Shown here: positions 12,001 to 23,000 of the stretch, piece after piece
How the letters are laid out: each line of letters opens with the position of its first letter
How positions within the stretch are numbered: position 1 is the stretch's first letter
Assembly (NCBI RefSeq): GCF_006345805.1
Contig: NC_043006.1
Span: 71,672,001-71,736,000, forward strand
Origin: Octopus sinensis
Taxonomy: Eukaryota
Length of the DNA stretch: 64,000 nucleotides
Reading direction: 5' to 3'
The notes under the pieces: model-generated
Told to the model about the DNA's origin: nothing
Databases searched by the model: none
Seen by the model: only the letters and a program-made list of their open reading frames with translations
Translations under genes and position numbers: made by a program

Positions 12001-13118
12001 AGCGCGGGACCATTCTTCGTTTTCATCGACCAAATTCATTCAGAAATATAAACGACACTTGCCCAAGAGGTCGGGGGCCGGGGGTGGCAAACGATATCGA
12101 CTGGACGGTCACATATAGATATACATTCGCATTTCCTTTTCTAGTAGCCTATTGAAACACAAGTAAAATTTTACATGAATCTTATGTTACATATGTATTT
12201 AGATTTAATAAGAACTACCGGGCATATTAATTTCTTTTATACTTTTTTTTTATGGTCTAAATATTTCATGATCTTTACTTTTCGACAGTATTTTATTCCT
12301 ATATTTTTATTTAATAAAAGCTCTCAGTAACTAACAATCGTACCGATCGAGCTTGACAGAAAGATATATAATGTGTATTCATAATATGTTCGCTTAAGTT
12401 ATACTAAGGACATAAAATGCATTCACATATGTTTTAGAACGTTTTGTGTATGCATGCAACATGGCCAAATGGGTTTAAAGCACAGATGGGCAACTTTTTC
12501 GGAGAAGCAGGCCGCAAGAGACAATCAGAAAAATCAGAAAAAAAGAAAGAAGTTCAAGCTAATTTTACAATTCGGCGTACCATTCAGAAAGTCCCGCAGA
12601 TTGTACATGACTGCTTTGGGAGATCATTTGACATAATTACAGATTTGTGCCTCCCCCTCCCACTCCGGCTTTGTTACCTGAAAAATACATTCTTTTACAA
12701 TGAAATTTGGTGAAGATAGGTTTCCGAGGGTGTAGGTGACGATTATGTTGATAACATTAAGAAAAATTGATGCGAAGTGAGAATGAATTTCGGATCATTT
12801 TTTCTCACCTCCCGACTTCATTTCTTTGTAACTCTTCAAAATGCATATTTTTTAAATATTTTGGTGAAATATATTTTCGCGAGTTAAATTACGTAATGTT
12901 TCAAACATAAATTTTAAAAAACATTAAAGTTAAGGAAATTAGTGATAACAAAGTTGAGGATGGGGATAAACGGCATTTAAATGTCGGTATGAACACGTGG
13001 ACACATAACGAGAGAGGAATATGGTAATAATGTCATACCCTTCGACGTAGCTGCGAGTAGACATATACTCGTTTAAAGCTTTCAAACCAGCATCTGTTTT
13101 CAGGTCTCCAAAACCCAT
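1471..13118 (-). CDS. EEF1B2: Elongation factor 1-beta, multi-exon, 3'-partial: join of 13118-13039, 7690-7568, 5436-5243, 3250-3125, 1538-1471; last exon not found in the window
   Basis: Spliced translation (197 codons): [34 protein letters not shown]...RWFEHIKS...[15 protein letters not shown]...[23 protein letters not shown]...[20 protein letters not shown]. All introns GT-AG with consistent phases. The MGFGDLK N-terminus identifies the beta rather than the delta subunit. Confidence 0.97.
1760..2075 (+). mobile_element. RTE-LINE 3'-tail / SINE-like copy
   Basis: GGAAGGGCATCCAGCTGTAGAAAC core shared with the LINE tail at 25686-26050. Confidence 0.75.
2236..2540 (-). mobile_element. RTE-LINE 3'-tail / SINE-like copy
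   Basis: (CAT)n-TTTAACGTCC...GGATGCCCTTCCTAACGCCAACC on plus. Confidence 0.8.
3125..3250 (-). CDS. EEF1B2: EF1-beta coding exon 4 (126 nt)
   Basis: [42 protein letters not shown]; ctcag acceptor, GTAAGT donor. Confidence 0.96.
4001..4364 (-). mobile_element. tRNA-derived octopus-type SINE (degenerate)
   Basis: Homology to the full copy at 18399-18804. Confidence 0.65.
5243..5436 (-). CDS. EEF1B2: EF1-beta coding exon 3 (194 nt, acidic region)
   Basis: [12 protein letters not shown]...[36 protein letters not shown]; tgtcag acceptor, GTGAGT donor. Confidence 0.96.
6490..6566 (+). pseudogene. NDUFS1: Duplicated NDUFS1 exon (orphan copy, I->V change) within a 643-bp duplicate at 6085-6727
   Basis: Near-identical to 32258-32334 with both splice sites retained; flanks match 31855-32495. 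Confidence 0.92.
6738..7300. mobile_element. Non-autonomous Helitron/Helentron-like element
   Basis: Terminal hairpin ACCTCTGC-N9-GCAGAGGT (7271-7295); internal direct repeat AATAATCCAGAATCCTTGTCC; no TSD seen. Confidence 0.5.
7568..7690 (-). CDS. EEF1B2: EF1-beta coding exon 2 (123 nt)
   Basis: ttccag acceptor; [40 protein letters not shown]; GTAAGA donor. Confidence 0.96.
7960..8192 (+). mobile_element. tRNA-derived SINE-like element with a minimal hammerhead ribozyme core
   Basis: A-box TGTTGTAGTGG, anticodon-like arm GGG-CTACTAA-CCC, B-box GGTTTGATTCC, (AAT)n linker, then the hammerhead motif at 8105-8151. Confidence 0.7.
8105..8151 (+). ncRNA. Minimal type I hammerhead ribozyme (Penelope-type)
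   Basis: GACAC-CUGAUGA-A-GGCUG..CAGCC-GAAA-CG-UU-GUGUU; stem I GACAC/GUGUU; palindromic ACGU helix III. Confidence 0.65.
8979..9140 (-). ncRNA. H/ACA snoRNA-like gene, copy 1 (diverged)
   Basis: Same basal stem, H box AAAUUA, UUGAGA/UCUCAA stem and ACAUUU; 29-nt poly(U) expansion disrupts the 5' pocket; different 3' pocket. Confidence 0.58.
9612..9737 (-). ncRNA. H/ACA snoRNA-like gene, copy 2 (probably degenerate)
   Basis: Paralog of 11263-11397; 5' pocket UCCAA/AUUUCA and ACAUUU retained, but H box AAAUUG and ~10-nt deletion in the 3' upper stem. Confidence 0.55.
10694..10890 (+). mobile_element. Non-LTR retrotransposon (RTE/L2-like) 3' end
   Basis: [42 protein letters not shown] followed by a TGA-repeat tail. 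Confidence 0.7.
11263..11397 (-). ncRNA. H/ACA snoRNA-like gene, copy 3 (apparently intact)
   Basis: 135 nt, sense to host intron; GGAAGU/ACUUCC stem, H box AAAUCA (11334-11329), second hairpin, ACA+UUU end; 5' pocket UCCGA / AUUUCA fits 18S UGAAAU-U-C-UUGGA. Confidence 0.72.
13039..13118 (-). CDS. EEF1B2: EF1-beta coding exon 1 (80 nt)
   Basis: ATG at 13118, [27 protein letters not shown], donor GG|GTATGA. Confidence 0.96.
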
Positions 13119-13340
13119 CTTGACGGAGATTTTTCAGTTAAAATAGAAGGAGCTCGCAGAAAACGTTCAGCTTCCAATGGCTATAAAATGGCGTAAAGAC
13201 CGGTGACTACTGAAATATTCCCGAATTTAAAACACGGACTGTATTTCTTTTTGTTTTTTTCTTATTGTTTCATAAATATATGTGTATGTATGTCTCTCTA
13301 TATATATATATATTATTCAGGCTTAATGCCAATGTAAGTT
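13119..13340. promoter_or_regulatory. Putative bidirectional promoter for EEF1B2 and NDUFS1
   Basis: CpG-retaining island; pyrimidine tract CTCCTTCT on minus (13152-13145, TOP/TCT-like); CCAAT 13174-13178; TATAAAA 13182-13188 overlapping YY1-like AAAATGGCG; GTAAGT donor at ~13334 on plus. Confidence 0.55.
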
Positions 13341-15312
13341 ATCAAGTATTCATGTGTGTTTGTGAATATCTATATATGTATGTAGTTAGAGAGGTGGGTG
13401 ATTTCGAGCGTTACGGAAATGGGGTGTTCGTGAAAGCCTTGCTGTAACACAAATCCTTGTAATGCGGAATTAATTTTTCCATTGATTTTTATGTTATAAA
13501 ATAAGATGTATTCCTTAGGATTTTTGCAGGTTAAAAAACGATACATGAATTTTATGCATTAAAATAACAATTTCTAAGCATACGCATATACATTAGGGAA
13601 TAAATAAAAATCGTAATAGGGTATGTACTCAAAAAAGATATTGACTTCTGAGGTAGGGTATAAGAGATTGAGGGACACTATGTTCTATCATATAGTTCAT
13701 CATCATCAACATTTACTTCAGGAATGCAGAATTTATCCAAAATTGTTTGATGTTTATAGCACATTATCTCTTTCTATAGGAACGAAGATAAATGGGTGAA
13801 AGAGTGTGGCGAAAGGAAGTCATATATGATTAGTTAACTGAATGATTATTGGATTCACTGGCATTTTGCTCCTTGTACTTCTGACTTAAATCATTAAAAC
13901 TCCACACTCTACACAAACACATTCCTTTGTATTGATATACAACATATGTAGCTACAGGCATTTTTATTGGGCTGATGGCAGTATTATTATTGCCAGTTGA
14001 TTATTAAAAAATAATAGGTTAGTAGTGGTGTTAGTGGTGATTGTATCAGTTTTGGTGTTCGTGTTGGTCATGGTACTGCTGGAGATGATGGGAATGTTGT
14101 TGGCAGTAGTGGTGATCATATTGATCTTGTAAATTTCATTGATTTAAAATTAAAAAATCATTTCATTCAACTTTTAAAAGACACTAGAGTAGATAGATAG
14201 CTGATCTTTGTTTCAAAAATATATGAACAAATACAAATATTTACAATGAAAAATTCTACCCCATTCTTTATAAGTGTTTGTAGTGGTGCATACACAGCAC
14301 TTGCATTAAAAGTGCATGCATGCACACACACGTGTGTGTGTGTGTTGTGATTATAGGTTTTTGAATTGTTATTTATACTTTAACCATAGCTAAAATGCTG
14401 AGAAATGAATTATCAGCTAAGAAAACATGTAGTATTTAAATTGCTAAGATTTTTTCAACGTAAGGCAAAGCTAGAGTGTATGTGCATGTGTGTGTGTATA
14501 AATGTAATGCACAATATATGGATTTATATAATCCAGTGGTCATCATGAAAAAGCTCCCTTTGTGGATCCAGCTACAAACCACATAGTAAACAAATACATA
14601 GTAGTGTAATGTAGAGTCCTATGCAGTTTAAAATACAGTAAATCCAATATGTGAAAGTTATTTCATAAGGAGTATATAGAATATAAAGGAAGTCAGAAGG
14701 TATGAAATGAATATATTTGTTTCACAAGTTGATATCCATAGGATGACAACTGTTTCTCAGCAAACATGCAAAAATAATTTATTTTAGTGTATAATAAATC
14801 ATTTTACAAATCTGCATTAATGTGTATGCTATAAATTGCATAGTATTATTGTACATTTTACAAACAAATGCAGATATAGAAAGCTGGCTCATCAGATCAA
14901 CAGAATATCATGGTTACATCAATTTTTGAACTCCAGTATGCACATACAAAAATACATCTTCAGATTTTTAATGTATGAAAGACAATAATATTATTGTCTT
15001 CCTTACATTAGAAAGTGTTGGTGGCTACTTAAGTATGCTGCAGTGATATTAGTATGGAGGGTTTCTTAAGCCAATGTTTTAATGTTCACAAGAGTATATA
15101 GGTTGTTTTAAAAGTTGTTGGTCATCATATTTGTCTATAGACAGGAAAAAAAACCCATAAATATTACCAATGTGCTAGTGAAATAAACCTCACCACCCAG
15201 CTACATTCTTTTGTGAACCTTTAAATACTAATCCCTTACAAGCTAACATACCAAGAAAACACCCCTAACTACAAAGGATAAAAACTGGACTGAAGTGTAG
15301 GATTTAACTTAC

Positions 15313-15700
15313 ACTCTTTTACTTGTTTCAGTCATTTGATTGCGACCATGCTGGAGCACCACCTTTAGTCGAGCAAATCGCCCCCAGGACTTATTCTTTC
15401 TAAGCCTAGTACTTAGTCTATCGGTCTCTTTTGCTGAACCGCTAAGTTATGGGGATGTAAACACACCAGCATCGGTTGTCAAGCAATGTTGGGGGGACAA
15501 ACATAGACACACACACACACATATATATACATATATATGATGGGCTTCTTTCAGTTTCCGTCTACCAAATCCACTCACAAGGCTTTAGTTGGCCTGAGGC
15601 TATAGTAGAAGACACTTGCCCAAGGTGCCAGGTAGTGGGACTGAACCTGGAACCATGTGGTTGGTAAGCAAGCTACTTACCACACAGCCACACCTGTACC
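15313..15700 (-). mobile_element. tRNA-derived SINE, near full length
   Basis: Reverse complement of the 18399-18804 family. Confidence 0.85.
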
Positions 15701-16823
15701 TACACATTCTCAAATTATAAAGTTAATATCTAAATACAACCAACAACAACCAAACTGTGTGACAGTGCTGTGACTAACAACATTACAACATTCTTTTGTG
15801 AAATCCTTTGACTTGAACATGACACACCTAAGCACACACAAAGCTATACATGCATGAATAAATTCTAACCATTAGCACTTACCCAAATTTAACCAATAAA
15901 AATTCTCCATACAATGTAACATACAGCATGATTATCATAATTATCATTCAACAGAATTCAAGTTACACTAGAAAATTTGAAATTAACAGAGACTATATAA
16001 TGCCAAGATGAACTTAAATGATTTCTAGTCTGATGATGGCTTATCTGGCTGAAACTTCAAAATCACTGTCAGTACTATGCTTATCAAAGAATAGTAAAGA
16101 TATACACTACCAAATATATTGACTAATCCCTCAACTTATTGGAAAATTGTTTTTATTATAATATAAAAACAAAAGATAATACACACACACACACATATAT
16201 AGACAGTCACATATATACACACACACATACACAAGCACATGTATATGTATATAGTTGAAATTTACAGAAAAACAAAAAACAAAGACAGATGTACAAATAA
16301 CAAGCAGGTGTATTAGTTTAATGCGAAAGTCTTTTATGTTTTGAGCCTATGCTCTTCAACAGAAAGGAATAAGAGAAAATAAACAGAGAGAGAAAAACTT
16401 GTGGATTTAGCGATCAAGCAGGGTGATGTACATACACATCATTAAACATATTTATGTATGTATGTTTGTATGTGTTTTATATATATATATATACTAGCAG
16501 AGATACCCAACCTTGCTCTGGATTAAAATGGCATAGTTTTTTATTGTTTCACTTGTTTCAGTCAGGTGACTGTAGCCATGCTGGAGCATTGCCATTGGTC
16601 GAACAAATTGACCACAGGATTTATTCTTTGCATGCCTAGTACCTATTCTATTAGTGTTTTTTTGCCAAGCAGCTAAGTTATGGGAACTTAAACACAGCAA
16701 CATCGGTTGTCAAACAATGTTGGGGCTACAAACACAGACACACAAATATACACATATACATGACAATCTTCTTTCAGTTTCCATGTATGAAATCCACTCA
16801 CAAGGCTTTGGTTGGCTTGAGGC

Positions 16824-16827
<4 letters not shown>

Positions 16828-16886
<59 letters not shown>

Positions 16887-17060
16887 CCATATATAAACAT
16901 TTATATATATATATATACACACACACATATATATGTATATATGCATATATATATATATATATAATATATATATATATATTATATATATATATATATATAA
17001 TAATATAAATATATGCCTATATACATACATATATGTACATACCTACATATATATGTATAT
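16828..17060. repeat. (TA)n-rich microsatellite block
   Basis: Long imperfect TA/TG run; source of spurious YI-rich ORFs. Confidence 0.95.
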
Positions 17061-17392
17061 ATACATGCATATATTGATACAGGACATCAAAAAAACACTG
17101 AACACAATGACAAGCGAAAACATAGAAACAAACTTTTTTTCAAACAACGAAAAAAGAAACAAACAGAGAAACGAGACATACAACATAAAGAATATTCTCC
17201 TTCTTCAGTTGTCCCTGTTTCAACTACTCCACCACGTTTCGAAGGCAAGGACAAGACGTGACTTTGTTGAAACAGTCCTTCCCGCAAAGGAAATTAAATA
17301 AAATTTGGGATTTTTTGCGGAGGGTGAAAGTGGTAACAAGAACAGGACAGTGAGAACAAAACAGTAAAAACAATAAAAAAGTAAAAACAGTA

Positions 17393-19041
17393 AAAAACAG
17401 AACAATGAGAACAAAACAGTAAAAACAAACGGTGAGGGTTGTTAAGCCAAAATGATTAGAAAATTATTCTGAACGTTTAGGAAGACAAGCTTATGAAGGA
17501 GACAGTATAAGCACATTTAGTCTTTACGAAGGTTGTGGATAGAAAGGTAGATTCTCTTTCGTCACGTGTCAGTGATGAGAGAGTCAAGGAGGAGGAGTGA
17601 AAGAGAGGGAATGGTGAAGAGAAGAGGAGAAGAATAGGGAAGGGTGGGAGAGAAAACCAGAAAGGATGAAGGACAAGAGGGGGAGAGAGATAGAAGAGTG
17701 CACATCGTAATTATTAAGATAAAACTTACTTAGAAAAGGATGCGTGGCGTTTGATCATATAATATAAATATATGCATATATACATACATCTATGTACATA
17801 CCTACATATATATGAGATAATAACAATTCATAGTAAATAATTCTGAAAAAAGTTTTTGTGTGTTCTCAGAGAATATTACCCTCAGTGGCGCTAGTGTTGG
17901 TATATCCATAAATAAGTCACTAACCAAAATAAGTGGATCTATCATTTAGGAAAATAGTATTTATTGTTTAAGTGTTGTACTGGATAAATTGCAAAAATAA
18001 CTCAAAAACAGAACAATGAGAACAAAACAGTAAAAACAAACGGTGAGGGTTGTTAAGCCAAAATGATTAGAAAATTATTCTGAACGTTTAGGAAGACAAG
18101 CTTATGAAGGAGACAGTATAAGCACATTTAGTCTTTACGAAGGTTGTGGATAGAAAGGTAGATTCTCTTTCGTCACGTGTCAGTGATGAGAGAGTCGAGG
18201 AGGAGGAGTGAAAGAGAGGGAATGGTGAAGAGAAGAGGAGAAGAATAGGGAAGGGTGGGAGAGAAAACCAGAAAGGATGAAGGACAAGAGGGGGAGAGAG
18301 ATAGACAGAGAAGAGATAGAAGAGTGCACATCGTAATTATTAAGATAAAACTTACTTAGAAAAGGATGCGTGGCGTTTGATCATATAATATAAATATAGG
18401 CGCAGGAGTGGCTGTGTGGTAAGTAGCTTGCTAACCAACCTCATGGTTCCGGGTTCAGTCCCACTGCGTGGCATCTTGGGCAAGTGTCTTCTGCTATAGC
18501 CCCGGGCCGACCAATGCCTTGTGAGTGGATTTGGTAGACGGAAACTGAAAGAAGCCTGTCGTATATATATATATATATATATGTGCGTGTTTGTATGTCT
18601 GTGTTTGTGCCCCTAGCATTGCTTGACAACCGATGCTGGTGTGTTTACGTCCCTGTCACTTAGCGGTTCGGCAAAAGAGACCGATAGAATAAGTACTGGG
18701 CTTACAAAGAATAAGTACCGGGGTCGATTTGCTCGACTAAAGGCGGTGCTCCAGCATGGCCGCAGTCAAATGACTGAAACAAGTAAAAGAGTAAAGAGTA
18801 AGAGATATGCATATATACATACATCTATGTACATACCTACATATATATGAGATAATAACAATTCATAGTAAATAATTCTGAAAAAAGTTTTTGTGTGTTC
18901 TCAGAGAATATTACCCTCAGTGGCGCTAGTGTTGGTATATCCATAAATAAGTCACTAACCAAAATAAGTGGATCTATCATTTAGGAAAATAGTATTTATT
19001 GTTTAAGTGTTGTACTGGATAAATTGCAAAAATAACTCAAA
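17393..19041. repeat. 611-bp direct tandem duplication, second copy interrupted by a SINE
   Basis: 17393-18003 matches 18004-19041 once the insert is removed, apart from one substitution and a 14-bp indel seen. Confidence 0.92.
18399..18804 (+). mobile_element. Full-length young tRNA-derived SINE (406 bp)
   Basis: A/B boxes, internal (TA)n, (GAGTAAA) tail, ATA duplication; empty site present in the first tandem copy. Confidence 0.9.
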
Positions 19042-19384
19042 TAGTTCAAATACTAAGAAATAAGCATACTCAATTTGATTTATACGAAATAATTTACGAA
19101 CATGAATGTGTTATTTCCCTTGGCTATATACAAGGATCCCTTTCAGGAGCTAATGGGTTATTTCCCTTGGATGTTCAAAAATAATATATTAGTTATATAT
19201 AGTATATAAGAATCCCTTCCAGGGGCTCTATTATCGATTGTTTTCAACAATCTAAGTATGTCACTAGTTTTCCAGACATGAGTTCTACTCACGTGTCAGG
19301 AGTTAGATAACAACGCCACAAACAAACACACCCACAGATTTCCACATATGTAGTAGATATATCCATATATATATATGCAATACT

Positions 19385-20035
19385 AACTTCAGGAAACCTA
19401 CCAGTCACCTAGTCAACTACCGATTGGGCTGACATACTAGCCAAATTGACTACATCCCATTCCAGAAAAAGGGAAAGATGGCTGCTTATAAATGCCAAAA
19501 CCTTCCTAGGCGAAGAATGTACCCGACAACATAGACTGGTCATTAGTGACTTTAGGATCAGGACTAAGTGGACGCCCAGAAGACAACCAACATGGAAAAG
19601 AAGGGTCTGGAAGCTTAAAGATCCTGCAAATGGACAGAGATTTAGAGACATATTACTTGAAGCCTTTGACGAAATAGAAGGGGATATAGCTTCACATAGT
19701 GTAAAAGACAACTAGAGGTTTCTACGGGACAACCTGCTGAGAGCCACTGACCAGATCTGTGGATGGTGCACAGTCTCCTTTCTAACCCAAAATAATGTGA
19801 TAGTGGAACGATGTTGTAGACAGGGCTATTAGAGAAAAGAGACAGGCTTGGAAGGACTGGAAGAACGGTGGTAGCAGGGAATTGTATCAGACTGCCAGAA
19901 GAGAAGCTAGGAGACAGGTTTACTTAGCCAAAGGGGAAGCAGATAAGAAAAATTTGCCAATGTTCTGTGCTGTAAGGATCAAAAACTTGAGATATTTCAT
20001 GTTGCAAGACAATGTGTGAGAGGGAATTGTGATGT
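19385..20035 (+). mobile_element. RTE-clade LINE internal fragment (end of endonuclease and linker)
   Basis: KTFLGEECTRQHRLVISDFRI...RRVWKLKDPANGQRFRDILLEAF with stops. Confidence 0.8.
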
Positions 20036-23000
20036 GCCATTTTCTCACACCGTCTCCAATGAATGGATATATAAATTATCCTGGAAACAGCTGTAAGACC
20101 TTTTTATAAATGTTCTGAAATCTTTCACAGCCTTGGATTTTTAATTCATTCTGTTAATTTTGTATATATAAACATGTATATAAATACATGGTGAAACTAA
20201 TATATATATATACACATAGTGAAAGTAATTGAAATCATAAAGTGAAAGTATCACAATCACATTACAATAGAGATGTTATTGTTTCACTTTTGACATGTAA
20301 TACTGAAACAGTGTAAGAGATAAGAGATTGCTCTGGGCTCACATTAGGCAAGAAGTCGAAAATATACTTTAGCCTATCATGCTCCATGGACTCTAAGTAA
20401 GGCATGTGTAATATTTTAATGAAATCAGTTAGGTAGTTCTCAAGTTTTAGTGATGCACACATAAACACAGTCTCAGTTTTATATATATAGATATATATAT
20501 GACGTTGAAAGAGAAGAATAGAGGTTTGGATAAAAAGGTTAGTTTTTGACTATTTCACAATATAATAATTCTCTTGTACACACTCTCTTTGTAAAGGGCA
20601 TATGTTTTTGTTTGAGCAATTGCAATTTTCAGTATTTGTTTTGATGAACTGGGTACTAAGTTTTCATTAGATGTAAGTAAAATTAGTGAGGAGTTAGGAG
20701 TGATGAAGTATGAGAGTTTTATGTTTTTGTGTATTTATATTTAGCTGGGAAATCTGTATAGTAGCTGAAAAAAGTTTTTTGTGAGAGATGTTTTGATTTC
20801 TGCATCAAAGAATGGGCCATGCCTTTTTTTGCTTATCCAATACTATTAATATATTAATATTGGGGCAGCACTTCATCTCTTTTGTGGAACTATTTTTACC
20901 CTGCACACTGTAATATTGATTTCCCCACCCCCTCTATATACCCAGGTTCTCACCAGTTACAGTATTCTCTACCCCCACTCCCTCCTCGTGTCTTCTTGGC
21001 AATATCCTGCCACATATATTATAACCTCCATACCTTGGGGTTATGCCCTGGCACTTGCCACCATTTATTGATCTCTTCCTTACTTTACCATCCTATCCAT
21101 GCTCTGATCCCCATTCCTTGTAAGTATACCCTGGCACTTTGCCACCATCTCTTTTATGCTGTCTCCCACTCTCTCTCTCTTTCCCTTACTTTTCCCTCTG
21201 GCTGGTAAACCATGTATCTCCACTACAGCAGCACATCTGTTTCTGCCCTCATTTTTGATCACTCTCTCTCCTTCCTTCTCTTGCTCTTACCTATAGTTAG
21301 GTAACCATGTATCTCCTTTACAGTGACACACCTGTTTCTGCCCTCTTTCTTGTTAACTCTCTCTCCCTCTGGGTAACCATGTATCACCTCTACAGCAGCA
21401 CACCTGTTTCTGCCCTCAGTCTTAATCTCTGTCTCTCCCTCCCTTTCTCCAGCTGGGTAACCTTGTACCTCCTCTACAGCAAGACATCTATTTCTGTCTC
21501 TCTGTCATACTCTAACCTTTGATCATCTGACACAAGATCACCTCCTCCAATACCCGCTCCCCTCTCAAAGATTCCTTGTCTTGCAAGTTACTTGGTGACC
21601 CTGCCAGTGCTGGTGACATTTAAAAATCACCCAGTCCACTCTGTAAAGCAGTTGGCATTTGAAAGGTGACCTTGCATGTGCTGGTGCTATGTAAAAAGCA
21701 CTCAGCCCACTCTGCAGATGCCAAAATAGACACAGAAGTGAGGAGCAGTCTTCTGCCTGACTAGCTCTTATCAAACTGTTCAACCCATGCCAGCATGGAA
21801 CATGGATATAATATGATGATGGTGTATTATTATAGTCATGGGAGTTTTCAATAAAGATTTCTTCATTCAAGTCTAATTTAGAAGTGAAATACTGGCTTCA
21901 AATTTTGGCACAAGGCCAGCAATTTCGAGGTAAGGACTAAGTCGATTATATTGTCCCCAGTGCTCAACTGGTACTTATTTTATCAACCCCAAAAGGATTT
22001 TGGAGGAATTTGAACTCAGAATGTAAAGATGGATGGAATACAGCTAAGCATTTTGTCTGGCATCCTAACAATTCTGCCAAGTCATTGCCTAATTTATAAG
22101 TGAAATATTATAAACTAGATTGTTAATAATGTTTTTGAGGATCATTTGTTAATTTGTGTATTTATTGAAATCGTTTGGTAAGTTGAACTATTTGGGGTTA
22201 AGTTATATCTAAGGAGTGGATTATTTTTGTTGTGTTTTGACAGTCATTTTGAAGCCAGATCTTTAACAAATTTGTGGAGGTCCTTGAATTTATCTATTTT
22301 TCTTTTTTTTTAATCAGTTGAAGTTACAAAGGCTAATAAAACTATTCTCCCAGTATAGACTGCCAGATATGAAGATGGTATGCTATATGTGGACCTGAAG
22401 TCACTAATTTTGACCAACTTGATTTGTTTTTTTTCTTAATCCAAGATTTTTTCGTTTATAATTTTGCTGCTTCAATGTCAGTTAGTTTTATGGGGTTAAT
22501 AGTACTTGGATATTGAAAACTGCTCTCCTCTACCACACTGGGATAATTCAACTTCTGTATTCTATTGGTTTATTTCCTCCAGAATAAATAGGAATATTGT
22601 TTCTTTCCAATTTCTTATTTGTGATTATTATCTTTCAATCACAAATCTATTCTCAAAGATATTATTCACTTCGCAAGTACCATGTCATTAACCACCTTCA
22701 ATTATTTCTTGCCTGACTTTTGTTTAAATTTTCTGAATTATCCAAGTCCATTTACTAGTGCTTTTGATGTTTATTGAGACAAAAGCACTTGTCCTCAGAT
22801 GTCTGCTTATCTCCAAACAGTCAAATATTTTCCTCAATGGCATGTCGGCTTCAGACAATTCATGATTCTTGAAATAATCTCCCATCCTCTTTAGGTGCTT
22901 GTCGTACAATTGCCACAACGCATTTATTTATTTTACTCTAGAAGGGGAGGTAATTTCATTACATCAAGAATTTATCTTGATTGGTAATTGATATATCTTT

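Noticed and set aside
12481-12560. hAT-like terminal sequence
   Set aside because: No matching opposite TIR or 8-bp TSD identified
1-13038. Orthologs of human SNORD51 / SNORA41 in EEF1B introns
   Set aside because: The recalled SNORD51 guide (CACCAUCUUUCGG) was not found by eye and no SNORA41-like sequence was seen; a covariance-model search is still needed
16030-16055. CUGAUGA...GAAAC hammerhead-like core
   Set aside because: Only a 3-bp stem II, no stem I or cleavage triplet; at most a decayed relic
16710-17301. Long ORFs rich in Y/I (also 43167-43640, 45550-46032)
   Set aside because: Translations of (TA)n microsatellites
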